Shown piece after piece: positions 44,636-54,837 of a stretch of DNA of 64,000 nt. This stretch comes from Rebecca billardiae RCC1528 (taxonomy: Eukaryota > Protista > Haptophyta): the NCBI GenBank assembly GCA_965240325.2, contig OZ251233.1:682001-746000 (forward strand). Reading direction: 5' to 3'. Made by a program: the position numbers and the translations under genes. Below the pieces are notes generated by a model. The model worked only from the letters and a program-made list of their open reading frames with translations. It was not told the origin of the DNA and did not search any database. Each line of letters starts with the position of its first letter. Position 1 is the first letter of the stretch.

Positions 44636-47398
44636 ATGGCGCTGTACGTGCCGCCGCACAAGCGCGGCGGCGGCGGGCGACCGAGCGCGCCCGCGGACGC
44701 GCACGACGGCGACGGCGGCGCGAGCGTGCCACGCCTGGGCGCGCCCGCCGTGCCCGCGCCCGAGCCCGAGCTTCGCGCGATCGCGCGCGCGGGCGCACTG
44801 CCCGTCGCGTGCGCTGCGGCCCTGTGCGCGCTCCCAGACGTCCTCCCGGCGGACGCGTCGCACTCGCGCGACGCGGCGGCGCGGGCGCTCGCGGAGCAGG
44901 GCTCGGTCGCGCTCGTCCTGCGCTGGAGCCCGCGCGCGCTCGCCGACGCGACCGACTGGCTCGCCGCGACGCCCGCCGCCGCGGCCGCCGCGCTCGACTT
45001 CTCGTGCGCCCTCGACAAGACGCAGCGAGCGGACGTGCACGCCGCGGCGGAGCGGCCGGGGCTGCTCTCCGCCTCGACGGGCGTAGGCTCGCGCCGCGCC
45101 GTCTGCGTGTACGCACGACGGCGCGCGGCGTGCGGCGCCCCGCCCGCGCAGCCCGCACCCGCGGGCAGCGACGTCCGCGGCGGCGCGTCCGGCGGCGCGG
45201 ACGGCGCGGCGCTCGCCGAGCGCGCGTGGCGCTGGGCGCAGTACGAGCCAGACCGGCGCTGGGCCTCGCTGTCCGTCGGCGAGGCCGGCGCCGCCCTCGC
45301 CTCGCCCGGCGCCTCCGCCGAGCACGCCGCGCTGCGCGCCGCGCTGCTCGCGCTGCTCGAGCGGCACCAGGCGGCGCGCACGCTGTGCTCAATGCTACGC
45401 GTGGCGCGCGTGGCCGAGGCGCGCGCGCACGCGGCGGCGGTGGACGCGCGCGCGCGCAGCGGCGGCGCGCGCGCGGCGTGCTCGACCGCCGCCGACGCCA
45501 CCGGCCACGCGCCGCCCGCGCCCGTGCCGCCCGCGCCCGCGGCGGCCGGCGGCGCGCCCTCGCAGGGCGGCAGCCATCACTGCCTGGTGAGGCTGGCAGC
45601 TGAGTACGGCGCGCGCGCGTTCGCGCTCGGTGCCGAGGCGGCGCACGACGCGGAGGCGGAGGGCGCGCACACGGAGACGCCGACGCACGCGCTGGTGCGC
45701 GGCGCGGCCGCCGCGTGCGCGCGCGCGCCGCTCTGCGCCGCCGAGGCCGAGGCGCTGGGCGACGAGTGCGCGCGCGGCGTCGGTTGGCTCCTCGGCCCAT
45801 TGCTGGGGGCACGCGCCGCGCCTCTCGCCAACGCGCGAGACGTGCTCGGGCACACGCCGCTGCAGCTGCTCGAGCAGCTGCACCCGGCGCCCGACGCCGC
45901 GCTGGCCGAGCGCTGGTACCCGCTCCGCCAGCGCCTGCGCGCGGCGCTGCTCGCGTCCGGTGCGCGCGAGCAGCTGCCCACGCTGGGCGCGGGCGCGGCG
46001 GGCGGCGTGGTCGGCCGCGCTGTCGGCGGCAGCGGCGGCGTGAGCGGCGGCGGCGGCACGGCGAGAGGGGCGGAGGGCGCGGCGCACGCGGGCGGGATGG
46101 GCTCGCCAGAGCGAGCCGCCAGGGGCGAGAAGGGCCCGCGGGCGTCGCCGCGCGCCTCGCCCGCCGCAGCCGCGGCACCCGCCGCCGCGGGCGGCGCGGG
46201 CGGCGGCGGCGGGCGCAGCGCGCACAAGCGCATGCGTGCGGGTGACGCGCATGCGCGAGCGGCGGCGGCGGCGGCGGCAGCAACGGCAAGCGCCTCCGGC
46301 GTGTCTCCTGACGCGAGCGCCTCGCCCTCGCACACGCCGCTGCACTCTCCTCCTCCTGCCGCGCGTGGCGCAGCGTGCGACGGTGGCGGCGCGCCTCCCA
46401 GCTCGGAGGCAGAACGTCCGCGCTCAGCGCCCGCGGCGCCACCGCCCGCCGCGTCACGGCCTCTCGGCGGCGGCGGCGGCCAGCAGGCCTCGCCCACCGT
46501 GCACGCCGCCGCGCCATCACACGCCGCCGCGCCGCGCACGCCGCCGCGTCGAGCCCCGCCGCCCGCCGTGCCCGCGGCATTGGCACCGGCGGCGGCGAAC
46601 GCTTTGGCCGAAGCCGCGCAGCCGCAGCCGCAGCCGCAGCCGCAGCCGCAGCCGCAGCCGCAGCCGCAGCCGCAGCAGCCGCAGGCGCCGCAGCCACAGC
46701 AGCCACAGCCGCAGAAGGAGGGCGGAAGCGCGACCGCCGCGGCCGGTGCGGAGGGCAGCGCGGCTTGCGCGCCGGCGGGCAAGCCCAAGCCGCGCGCGGC
46801 CGTCCAGCGCGGATCGAGGCTGTTCAAGCAGATCGTCGAGATACAGCGAGATCGGCAGTCTTATGATCAGGTGGGGTGCAAGCGCGCCGCGCGCGCCCGG
46901 AGCGTGCGCGCGCGGCGTGGCTTCTGCGCTGCGCTCGTGGGCACGCGCCGCCGCAGAAGCGCGTGTGCGCGCTCTGCGCTCAGGCCGCGCCGCGCCGCGC
47001 GTGCGCGCGCGTGCCCCATGCAGTCGGTCGACTCGCGCAAGTACCACCTCGCGCGCTGGCAGAGCCACATGCGCAGGATGGGCGCCGATGACGACGGGCC
47101 GCACGACGGGCCTGCCGCCGCAGCCACTGAGACGGCCGCCGCGGAGCCTGCCGCCACGCTGGGCGGCAAACCCCACCAGCTGAGCCCCGAGCAACTGAGC
47201 ACCGGGCGGGGGCACGCACGGCAGGGCCAACAGGGCCCCGCGAGCAGCGGCGGGCGCGCACGCGCCGAGCGCGGACGCGCTCACCCTGGGCAGCAGCACG
47301 GCGTTGCGCGGCCATCCTCACGTGACGCTGAGCGCGCGGACGCGTGTGGCATGGCCATGGCGGGCGTAGCGGCTTCTGTCGAGTCCGCCGCCGAATGA
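44636..47398 (+). CDS. R3H-domain protein with ankyrin-like segment and (QP)n tract
   Basis: Starts MALYVPPHKR. R3H-like LDFSCALDKTQRADVHAAAERPGLLSASTGVGSRRAVCVY, and NARDVLGHTPL. Probable in-frame intron 46871..47023. Confidence 0.65.
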   Translation: MALYVPPHKRGGGGRPSAPADAHDGDGGASVPRLGAPAVPAPEPELRAIARAGALPVACAAALCALPDVLPADASHSRDAAARALAEQGSVALVLRWSPRALADATDWLAATPAAAAAALDFSCALDKTQRADVHAAAERPGLLSASTGVGSRRAVCVYARRRAACGAPPAQPAPAGSDVRGGASGGADGAALAERAWRWAQYEPDRRWASLSVGEAGAALASPGASAEHAALRAALLALLERHQAARTLCSMLRVARVAEARAHAAAVDARARSGGARAACSTAADATGHAPPAPVPPAPAAAGGAPSQGGSHHCLVRLAAEYGARAFALGAEAAHDAEAEGAHTETPTHALVRGAAAACARAPLCAAEAEALGDECARGVGWLLGPLLGARAAPLANARDVLGHTPLQLLEQLHPAPDAALAERWYPLRQRLRAALLASGAREQLPTLGAGAAGGVVGRAVGGSGGVSGGGGTARGAEGAAHAGGMGSPERAARGEKGPRASPRASPAAAAAPAAAGGAGGGGGRSAHKRMRAGDAHARAAAAAAAATASASGVSPDASASPSHTPLHSPPPAARGAACDGGGAPPSSEAERPRSAPAAPPPAASRPLGGGGGQQASPTVHAAAPSHAAAPRTPPRRAPPPAVPAALAPAAANALAEAAQPQPQPQPQPQPQPQPQPQQPQAPQPQQPQPQKEGGSATAAAGAEGSAACAPAGKPKPRAAVQRGSRLFKQIVEIQRDRQSYDQVGCKRAARARSVRARRGFCAALVGTRRRRSACARSALRPRRAARARACPMQSVDSRKYHLARWQSHMRRMGADDDGPHDGPAAAATETAAAEPAATLGGKPHQLSPEQLSTGRGHARQGQQGPASSGGRARAERGRAHPGQQHGVARPSSRDAERADACGMAMAGVAASVESAAE

Positions 47399-48009
47399 CT
47401 CACCAATGGCCATATAGCAGGCGAATAATGGCTGGCCTGACCGCGCAGCCTGCTGCTGCTGCCTGCTGATGTGTTCCGGACTGCCGAAGTGCCGATTGAC
47501 GTGACTCGTCCCGGCCGAGTCGTTGATGACTCATCGTTTTATAAGTCGCGCGTTTATTATACTTTATAGTCGTTGCGCATGTCATCACTTATTGTCGCGT
47601 CAAAGTCGTCGGAGTATACGGTCTTACTCTTATTAGCAGTGGGTGCTGGCGACGCCGACGGCTGGCCGGAGTCCGGGCTCGGCCGCCGCGGCCGCGCCTA
47701 CAGACAGAGTACAGAGTACAGCAGTAGTAGTTACTGACGACTGTCGTCGGTCTGTCTGAGTCAGTACCGCCACCGACGTTCACGTGTGGCGCGTCGGCCC
47801 GCCGCTGGCCCGCTGCCAGTGCCGATGCCACTCGGCCTGCCCCTGCTCGGATCATGGCTGATGATGATGAGTAGTCGTATATATATAGCTTATTACGTCG
47901 ACGTTACGTCGATCTGATGACGATATCGGGCAACTGACGACGCGCGACCGAAACGTAGTCGTTATATTCGCGACGATCCGCCGTGCTCACTCACTCGTGC
48001 TGGCTGGGG

Positions 48010-49626
48010 CTACACGGCCGCGGGCGCAGCTGCGGCAGAGGCTTCACCTGCTGCCAGTGCGCACCACTCGTTGCAGTGGGGCCTGTGCACCTTCCACGAG
48101 CTGCGCAGGTGCTCACGCGAGCAGAAGACTGCCACGTGGCAGCGCTCGCACTTCTTCAGACCATGGCCTGTCCGTCCACAGGTGATGCAGCACTGGGAGA
48201 CGACCTCGCGCTTTCCAGCTAACGAAGCCAGCATACGGCACGCTCTACCTCTGGCGACGGGATCGAGCTCTTGGGCACGGCGCAGCAGCCGCGCGCCCTC
48301 CTCCACGTCACGCGCCACTCCAGTACCCAGCATCGTCATCGTTCCCAGCGAGACGTGTGCAGGTGCGCTTCCGCCATCAGCAGCCAGCCGGTACCAGCGC
48401 ATCGCCTCGCCCCAATCCTGCTGCGCACCCTCGCCACTCATGTAGCACTCGCCCAGCTTGAGCTGCGCTTCAGCAACGCCCTGCTCGGCCGCCAGCCGGT
48501 ACCAGCGCACTGCCTCGCCCAAGTCCTGCTGCACACCCTTGCCTTGCTCGTAGCACACGCCCAGGTTGAAGTGCGCGAAGTGTGCGTCAGCAACGCCCTG
48601 CTCGGCTGCCAGCCGGTACCAGCGCACTGCCTCGCCCCAATCCTGCTGCACACCCTCGCCATTCGCGTAGCACGAGCCCAGATAGCCCTGCGCTTGCGCA
48701 TAGCCCTGCTCGGCCGCCAGCCGGGACCAGCGCGCTGCCTCGCCCCAATCCTGCTGCACACCCTCGGCCCGCGCGTAGCACGAGCCCAGACTGCACTGAG
48801 CTTGAGCATTGCCCTGCTCGGCCGCCAGCCGGTACCAGCGCGCTGCCTGGGCCCAATCCTGCTGCACACCCTCGCCATTCGCGTAGCACGAGCCCAGATC
48901 GCCCTGCGCTTGCGCATAGCCCTGCTCGGCCGCCAGCCGATACCAGCGCACCGCCTCGCCCCAATCCTGCTGCACACCCTCGCCATGCATGTAGCACCCG
49001 CCCAGATGGAACTGCGCATGCGCATGGCCCTGCTCGGCTGCCAGCCGGTACCAGCGCACACCCTCGCCCCAATCCTGTTGCACACCCTCGCCTTGCTCGT
49101 AGCATGCACCCAGATTGTGCTGCGCTAGCATATCGCCCTGCTCGGCTGCCAGCCGATACCAGCGCACCGCCTCGCCCCAATCCTGCTGCACACCCTCGCC
49201 ATTCGCGTAGCACGAGCCCAGACTGAACTGCGCTCGCGCATAGCCCTGCTCGGCTGCCAGCCGAAACCAGCGCGCTGCCTCGCCCAAATCCTGCTGCACA
49301 CCCTTGCCTTGCTCGTAGCACACGCCCAACTTGTGCCGCGCCTCCGAATGGCCCTGCTCGGCCGCCAGCCGGTACCAGCGCGCGGCTGCCTCGAGGTCAA
49401 CATGCTGATCAAGCTCGCCTGCTCTGCAGATGGCGCCCATTTTTGCCTGCGCATCGGCAAAGCCGCGCGCAGCGGCGAGAGTGTACAGGCGAAAGGCTTC
49501 GCGCTCGTCCTGCGCGATGCCGTCGCCATTATCAGCCCGCCGCGCCAGAAGGAACGTCGCACGCGCGTCGCCGCGCCCCGACTTGCGCCAGAGGAGCCCG
49601 ACCGCCGCGGAAGCGTTCGCCGCCAT
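48010..49626 (-). CDS. Sel1-repeat protein with C-terminal MYND finger
   Basis: Repeated AQ..LG.CY..GEGVQQDWGEAVRWYRLAAEQG, then CITCG..LKKCERCHVAVFCSREHLRSSWKVHRPHC. Confidence 0.92.
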   Translation of the reverse strand: MAANASAAVGLLWRKSGRGDARATFLLARRADNGDGIAQDEREAFRLYTLAAARGFADAQAKMGAICRAGELDQHVDLEAAARWYRLAAEQGHSEARHKLGVCYEQGKGVQQDLGEAARWFRLAAEQGYARAQFSLGSCYANGEGVQQDWGEAVRWYRLAAEQGDMLAQHNLGACYEQGEGVQQDWGEGVRWYRLAAEQGHAHAQFHLGGCYMHGEGVQQDWGEAVRWYRLAAEQGYAQAQGDLGSCYANGEGVQQDWAQAARWYRLAAEQGNAQAQCSLGSCYARAEGVQQDWGEAARWSRLAAEQGYAQAQGYLGSCYANGEGVQQDWGEAVRWYRLAAEQGVADAHFAHFNLGVCYEQGKGVQQDLGEAVRWYRLAAEQGVAEAQLKLGECYMSGEGAQQDWGEAMRWYRLAADGGSAPAHVSLGTMTMLGTGVARDVEEGARLLRRAQELDPVARGRACRMLASLAGKREVVSQCCITCGRTGHGLKKCERCHVAVFCSREHLRSSWKVHRPHCNEWCALAAGEASAAAAPAAV

Positions 49627-49703
49627 GTTGCACGAGGAAGCCAAGTCGTGCGCGCACCGGACCACCGGTGAATACAACGGGATGCCGCGAGGATCCCGTT
49701 GTA

Positions 49704-49981
49704 CAGTTTACTATGTTTTAACGTGCACACTTGGTTAAGGCGTGATTGACGCCATCCAACACTGCACAAAGACACCGCCACAAACAGACCGGCGCAGGCA
49801 GCAGTATTCATCAGGAGATCCCAAGTGCTACTACTAGTAGTATTAAAATAGCTGCTGCTGTGTCAATGGCCATTAGCAGGCGAACTGCTGATGGGTAGGT
49901 CTCTCTTCGGAGAGCGTGCGATGAAGGATGGCGCGGCAACCTGCCACCGTGAGCCTTACGCACGTTAAAACAAATAAACTG
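49704..49981. mobile_element. 278-bp Tc1/mariner-like MITE (CAGTTTA family)
   Basis: TA|CAGTTTACTATGTTTTAACGTGC...GCACGTTAAAACAAATAAACTG|TA. Confidence 0.78.
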
Positions 49982-50136
49982 TAGACGAATCTCATCCAGC
50001 TCCAAACCTGGGCAGGTGTGCAGACGTACGGCGCATCAGGCGCGCGGTCAGGCGCGGCGACGCAACTGCCCACGCGGATTTCGTGCGTGTGCGGCGCACC
50101 CCGTCGTTGACGCGGCGCGCACACGTGCGCGCGCGC

Positions 50137-51904
50137 ATGGCGGCCACGAGTGAGGGTCAGGTCATAGACGGATCGCCCGTCAGCGATGGCGACGGCCTGG
50201 CTGACGCTCGCGGGGCGCCGAGCTACAGCTCCTCCATCGAGTCTTTGCCTTCGTCGGCCGGCACAACGACAGGGGAATCACTATCAGAGCAGGCCCCGCT
50301 CACGCCCGCGAGGCGCAGGTTCTTCGCCGTGCTCGGGCTGCTCATCTGGTCCGCCGCGTCCTCCGCACTCACGATGCTCAACAAGGTGCAGGCCAGCGCG
50401 TGCGTGGTCGCGGCGTCGCGCACTTGCATCCGCTCATGCTGGCGTCTTGCGCGGACGCCCTCACTCACTCCGTGCGGCTGCCACAGGTGATTCTCTCGTC
50501 CGAAGGCTTTGCCTACCCGATGACGCTGTGCAGCTTCGGCCTGCTAACCTCGGCGCTGCTCTCGGCAGCGGCGGTGCGCGGCCTGGGGCTCAAGCTCCGC
50601 AAGCTCGGTATGTATGCGGCCAGCTTGAACGCGCTGCGGTGCGTGCGCCACGAACCACGCCGCCGGCGCCTGGAGGCTGATCCTTCGACCGCGCGCCTCC
50701 CGCGTCGATCGGCACCGCGCACACAGGCGGGCGCTCCATCGCGCTGCGCTTCCTGCTGGTCGGGATCGCCATGGCGCTGGTGCACTGCCTGGGCACGCTC
50801 AGCTACCTGTACATCTCGGTCAGGTAGGCGTGGCTGCTGCGTGCGTTGCAACGGCCGCTCGAGCAGGCGGGTGCTACGCTACTGCTCGCACGCCCCCGGC
50901 CATGGCGTGCCATGCGGGCGCGCGCATGCGTGTTTGCGTGCACTGGTGGTTCACTGTCCGCGTGTCCGCGCGCGCGTTGCACCCGTGCAGCTTCATCCAG
51001 ATGCTCAAGACGGCAGCGCCCATTTACACGATGATCGTCGCCTCGATCGCGCGGCTCGAGACGCCAACGCTGCCGATCGTGGGCTCGCTGGTGGTGATCG
51101 TGGCCGGCATGGCAATCACCTCGGTCGGCGAGGCGCACTTCAAGTGCGCAGCGGCACGTGTGCAGGCGCTCTGGCTGGGCGCTCCTCGCACCACCCGCCC
51201 ACGCGCTGCCTCTCCCCCCCTCCCCCCTCCCCCTTCCCGCGTGCCCCCTGCCCTGCCCCCCCAGCTGGATCGGATTCGGCTCGTACTTGCTCTCGCAGGT
51301 CTTCAACGCGCTGCGACTGGTGATGACGCAGCTGCTGCTCTCGAACCTCGCTCTGCACCCGCTCGAGGGACTGCTCTACCTCGCGCCCACGTGCACGCTG
51401 TGCCTCTGGGTTGGGGCCGCCGTCTTCGAGCTGCGGCCGATGCTCGAGGCTGACGCCCTCGGCCTGCTGCTAAGGCGCCCGTGGCTGTACGTGGCCTCCG
51501 CGCTCCTCGGCTTTGTGGTGAACGTCTCCTCGTTCATGGTGCTGCGGTACAGCTCGGCGCTCACGATGAAGCTGGTCGGGATCCTCACCAACATTGCCCT
51601 CGTCGTCGCCGCTTGCATCGCGTTTGGCGACGAGCTCACGCTGCTGCAGCTGTGCGGCTATGCGATCGCGTTGCTCGGCTTCGTGTGGTACCACGCGCTC
51701 AAGGCGCGCAAGGGGCAGGGCGACAAGGGAGGCGGCATCCAGCCAGGCGCGGGCGATCTGCCGGATGACGTGATGGACAAACGCTCTACACGGCCCTGGT
51801 CGTCCTCGTCACTGTCCTACTGCTTATTTCATCAAAGTTGCGTGACGATGGTGATGCCGACGAGACAGTCGGAGGGTGAGAGCCGAGCCCTGCGGTTGTT
51901 ATGA
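50137..51904 (+). CDS. TPT/nucleotide-sugar transporter (DMT superfamily), at least 5 exons
   Basis: LTMLNK|VIL..GFAYPMTL, SYLYISVS|FIQMLK, ALRLVMTQLLL, LYLAP and VNVSSFMVLRYSSALTMKLVG. GT-AG introns begin at 50386, 50608, about 50824 and about 51144. Confidence 0.85.
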
Positions 51905-52121
51905 CGATATATGACGACACACGACTTTAGCTAACGACGCTCACGCTGCGCGGGTCAGACGTATACGCGTAGTACGCTACGACTCATGCGCTGCATATTG
52001 ATGTCGCGTGCATGATGAATGATCGACGCGATATATATTGAGATCGATCGCGTCCGCGCGCGCCGCGTAGTCCGCGCGCCGGACCGACGGCCGGGCGTCG
52101 GCGGCCCGTCTGCTGGCACCG

Positions 52122-53480
52122 CTAGTCGAGACTGTCGACTGCCGCCCCTCCGGCTGGCGGCGATGGTGACGCCTGCTCATCCGCATCTCCGGCGTTGGCA
52201 GGCCGCCTGCTTGAGCGGGGTTGATTGTCGGCGGTGATCTTCGCAGTGCTGCCTGCCTGAGCCTCGTCACCTCGCGCCCGGCTGGGCCCATCAGCAGCAG
52301 GCCTGACCCCATCCATCAAGTCATCGACGACGACGTCGACCGGTGGCGCACTGCCGGCGGGCGCCACCCTCCCGCCCGCGCCAGCCGCACCTGGAAGGAA
52401 CGCCGCCATCTGCGCGAGCAGCGCAGGGTCTGCCATCAGCTGCGACGCCATCGCACTCGCCATGCTGAGCACCTCGGGGTCGTTCATCGCGCCGTCCACG
52501 TCTGTCTCGGCGCTGCCGCCCGCAGGCGCACGGACAGTGCCGTCCGCGAGCGCGGCGGCGAGGTCGGCCATGTCCAGCTGCGAGAGGTCGAGCCCGGACG
52601 GCTCGGCGCCCGCCTTCGCCGCGCCCTGGTTGTGCCGCGCCGCGGCCGCGTCGCGGTACTCCCGCACGCGCGCATTGGCGGCGTCAATCTCGAGCGCGAG
52701 ATCGTACCCCTCCTCAATCGCCGCGCGATGGCGGCCGGCGCGCGCGTGAGCGCAGCCGAGGCGGATCAGGCAGCGAATGCGCAGCGCGGAGCCCGGCGGC
52801 GCGGCCTCGGCGCCCGCGCGCGCGTCCGCGAGCGCGCCCGCTGCGTCGCCAAGCTCGAGGCGCGCGTTCGCGCGCATCAGCCGTGCGCGCGCCACGTCCG
52901 CACTCGATCCATCGCCCTCGAGTGCGCGCGTGAGCAGCCGCTCGGCGCGCTGCAGCGCGGCTCGCGTGTCTGGCGCGAGCGGCGGGCCGGCCTCTGGACC
53001 AGGCGCGCGGCCCGTCGCGCCAATGAGCTCGGCGGCCTCTGCGTACAGTGCCGCCGCGTCTGCAGGCTCCGCGGGCGCGGGTGCGGCCGCGGGCGCAGGT
53101 GCGGGCGCGGGCGGAGCCACGGCCGGTGCGCGCGTGTACCGCGCGTCAAACTTGGCGCGCGCGAGGGCGCGCCGACGGGCGTACTCTGCGTCGCCGGGCT
53201 GAACGCCCTCGAAGTAGCCCGTCGTACGCAGCCGCGCCTCGAATCGTGCAAACAGCGCGTCGTGCGCATCACTGCCAGCCGCGGTTGCAGGTGCAGCTGC
53301 GGCCGCAGCGGCGAGTGCGCGCACGCCTGCCGCCCACACACGCGTGAGGGACGGCGCCACCGTGGAGGCGGCGGCCGCGCTTGGAACACTCTCGGCGTCA
53401 GCGAGAAGAGCTCGCCGCTCCTCCGCCGGCATGCGGCGAAGGTGCTCCACGAGCGCGGCACGGAGCGCGTCATCGGCCAT
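52122..53480 (-). CDS. SGT-like TPR co-chaperone with STI1-like C-terminus
   Basis: LFARFEARLRTTGYFEG, TPRs (IRLGCAHARAGRHRAAIEEGYDLALEIDAAN) and AMNDPEVLSMASAMASQLMADP. Confidence 0.7.
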   Translation of the reverse strand: MADDALRAALVEHLRRMPAEERRALLADAESVPSAAAASTVAPSLTRVWAAGVRALAAAAAAAPATAAGSDAHDALFARFEARLRTTGYFEGVQPGDAEYARRRALARAKFDARYTRAPAVAPPAPAPAPAAAPAPAEPADAAALYAEAAELIGATGRAPGPEAGPPLAPDTRAALQRAERLLTRALEGDGSSADVARARLMRANARLELGDAAGALADARAGAEAAPPGSALRIRCLIRLGCAHARAGRHRAAIEEGYDLALEIDAANARVREYRDAAAARHNQGAAKAGAEPSGLDLSQLDMADLAAALADGTVRAPAGGSAETDVDGAMNDPEVLSMASAMASQLMADPALLAQMAAFLPGAAGAGGRVAPAGSAPPVDVVVDDLMDGVRPAADGPSRARGDEAQAGSTAKITADNQPRSSRRPANAGDADEQASPSPPAGGAAVDSLD

Positions 53481-53550
53481 GCTGGAGAGTTATTTGCCGT
53501 TGTCCGGAAAGACACAGGTGTGCATGCTGAATGCTCTACGACCGTACACT

Positions 53551-54666
53551 CAAGGGGAGTCAGGGTACAGCACGTCCAGTTGGGCTGCAGCTGGAGCTTG
53601 GGTACAAAAGCTTCCCGCGGCGCAGCGGCACTCGCCGCCGCCGCCGCCGTCGAGGGGCGGTTGTGGCGCGCACGGCGTGAGCCACTGCGGGCGCTGAGGT
53701 GCGCGCGACGGCGGCGCGCCCGGCGGCGCTGCTGTAGGAGGCCTCTGCCCTCCTCTCTGCCCCGCGCGCTTCGCTCGTCGTCGCCGTCTCCGCGCCTGCG
53801 ACTCAGCGCGCACGCGAGCGCCGCACCGCCCGGCAGCAGGGGCAATCTCAGCCGTGACTGCGCATGTGCGTCGCGACCTGGTCGGCCCAGCGCGCGAGGC
53901 GCGTGCGGGCGAGGCAGGGCCAGTGTGGCCGCGCGCCATGCCGCCTCAAGTAAGCCCATCTGAGCGTACAACAGGGAACTGAGCACGTGTGTCTGGTTGG
54001 CCGCTTGGACTGTGTTGAGTGTTCAAGCAATGCACGGGCCATCGTCGAGGCGATCTTGAGGCACTCAGTCAAAACGTCAGCGCGCAGACGACCTGGGCGA
54101 GAGTCACTGACGATACATGACTCACATGATCACAAAAGGCTCTGCAACTATCGCGTCTGTACGCCTACTGTCTCGATCGTGCACACTGACGTCTGCGCTT
54201 GGGTGCCGCATTGTTTGTCAACGTTGTCGACAGAGGTGCAAGGCCCGCGACATGCCCACTGGCGCAAGGTGCAGGCGGCATAGCGCGCGGCCACACTGGC
54301 CCTGCCTCGCCCGCACGCGCCTCGCGCGCTGGGCCGACCAGGTCGCGACGCACATGCGCAGTCACGGCTGAGATTGCCCCTGCTGCCGGGCGGTGCGGCG
54401 CTCGCGTGCGCGCTGGTCGCAGGCGCGGAGACGGCGACGACGAGCGAAGCGCGCGGGGCAGAGAGGAGGGCAGTGGCCTCCTACAGCAGCGCCGCCGGGC
54501 GCGCCGCCGTCGCGCGCACCTCAGCGCCCGCAGCGGCTCACGCCGTGCGCGCCACACCGCCCCTCCACGGCGGCGGCGGCGGCGAGTGCCGCTGCGCCGC
54601 GGGAAGCTTTTGGACCCAAGCTCCAGCTGCAGCCCAACTGGACGTGCTGTACCCTGACTCCCCTTG
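53551..54666. mobile_element. Foldback non-autonomous element FB2, P-superfamily-like
   Basis: Arms about 53551-53946 and 54273-54666. Termini CAAGGGGAGTCAGGG...CCCTGACTCCCCTTG. Perfect 7-bp TSD GTACACT (53544-50, 54667-73). Confidence 0.9.
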
Positions 54667-54837
54667 GTACACTGGGTAATCACGCCTTTATCTCTTGAGG
54701 GGGAACCTCCGGATTGGACGCCGCGCGAGATATGAAGCTAGGAATTCGCAAGTCCACTTCCACGCGCGGGAGACGCGGTCACGATCGACCAATAATAGCC
54801 AGCTTTCAACGACCATCCCGTCCGCAACCTCGCGGCG

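Noticed and set aside
48400-49400. Regular repeats resembling a CRISPR array
   Set aside because: Coding 108-bp Sel1 units without unique spacers, and no cas genes.
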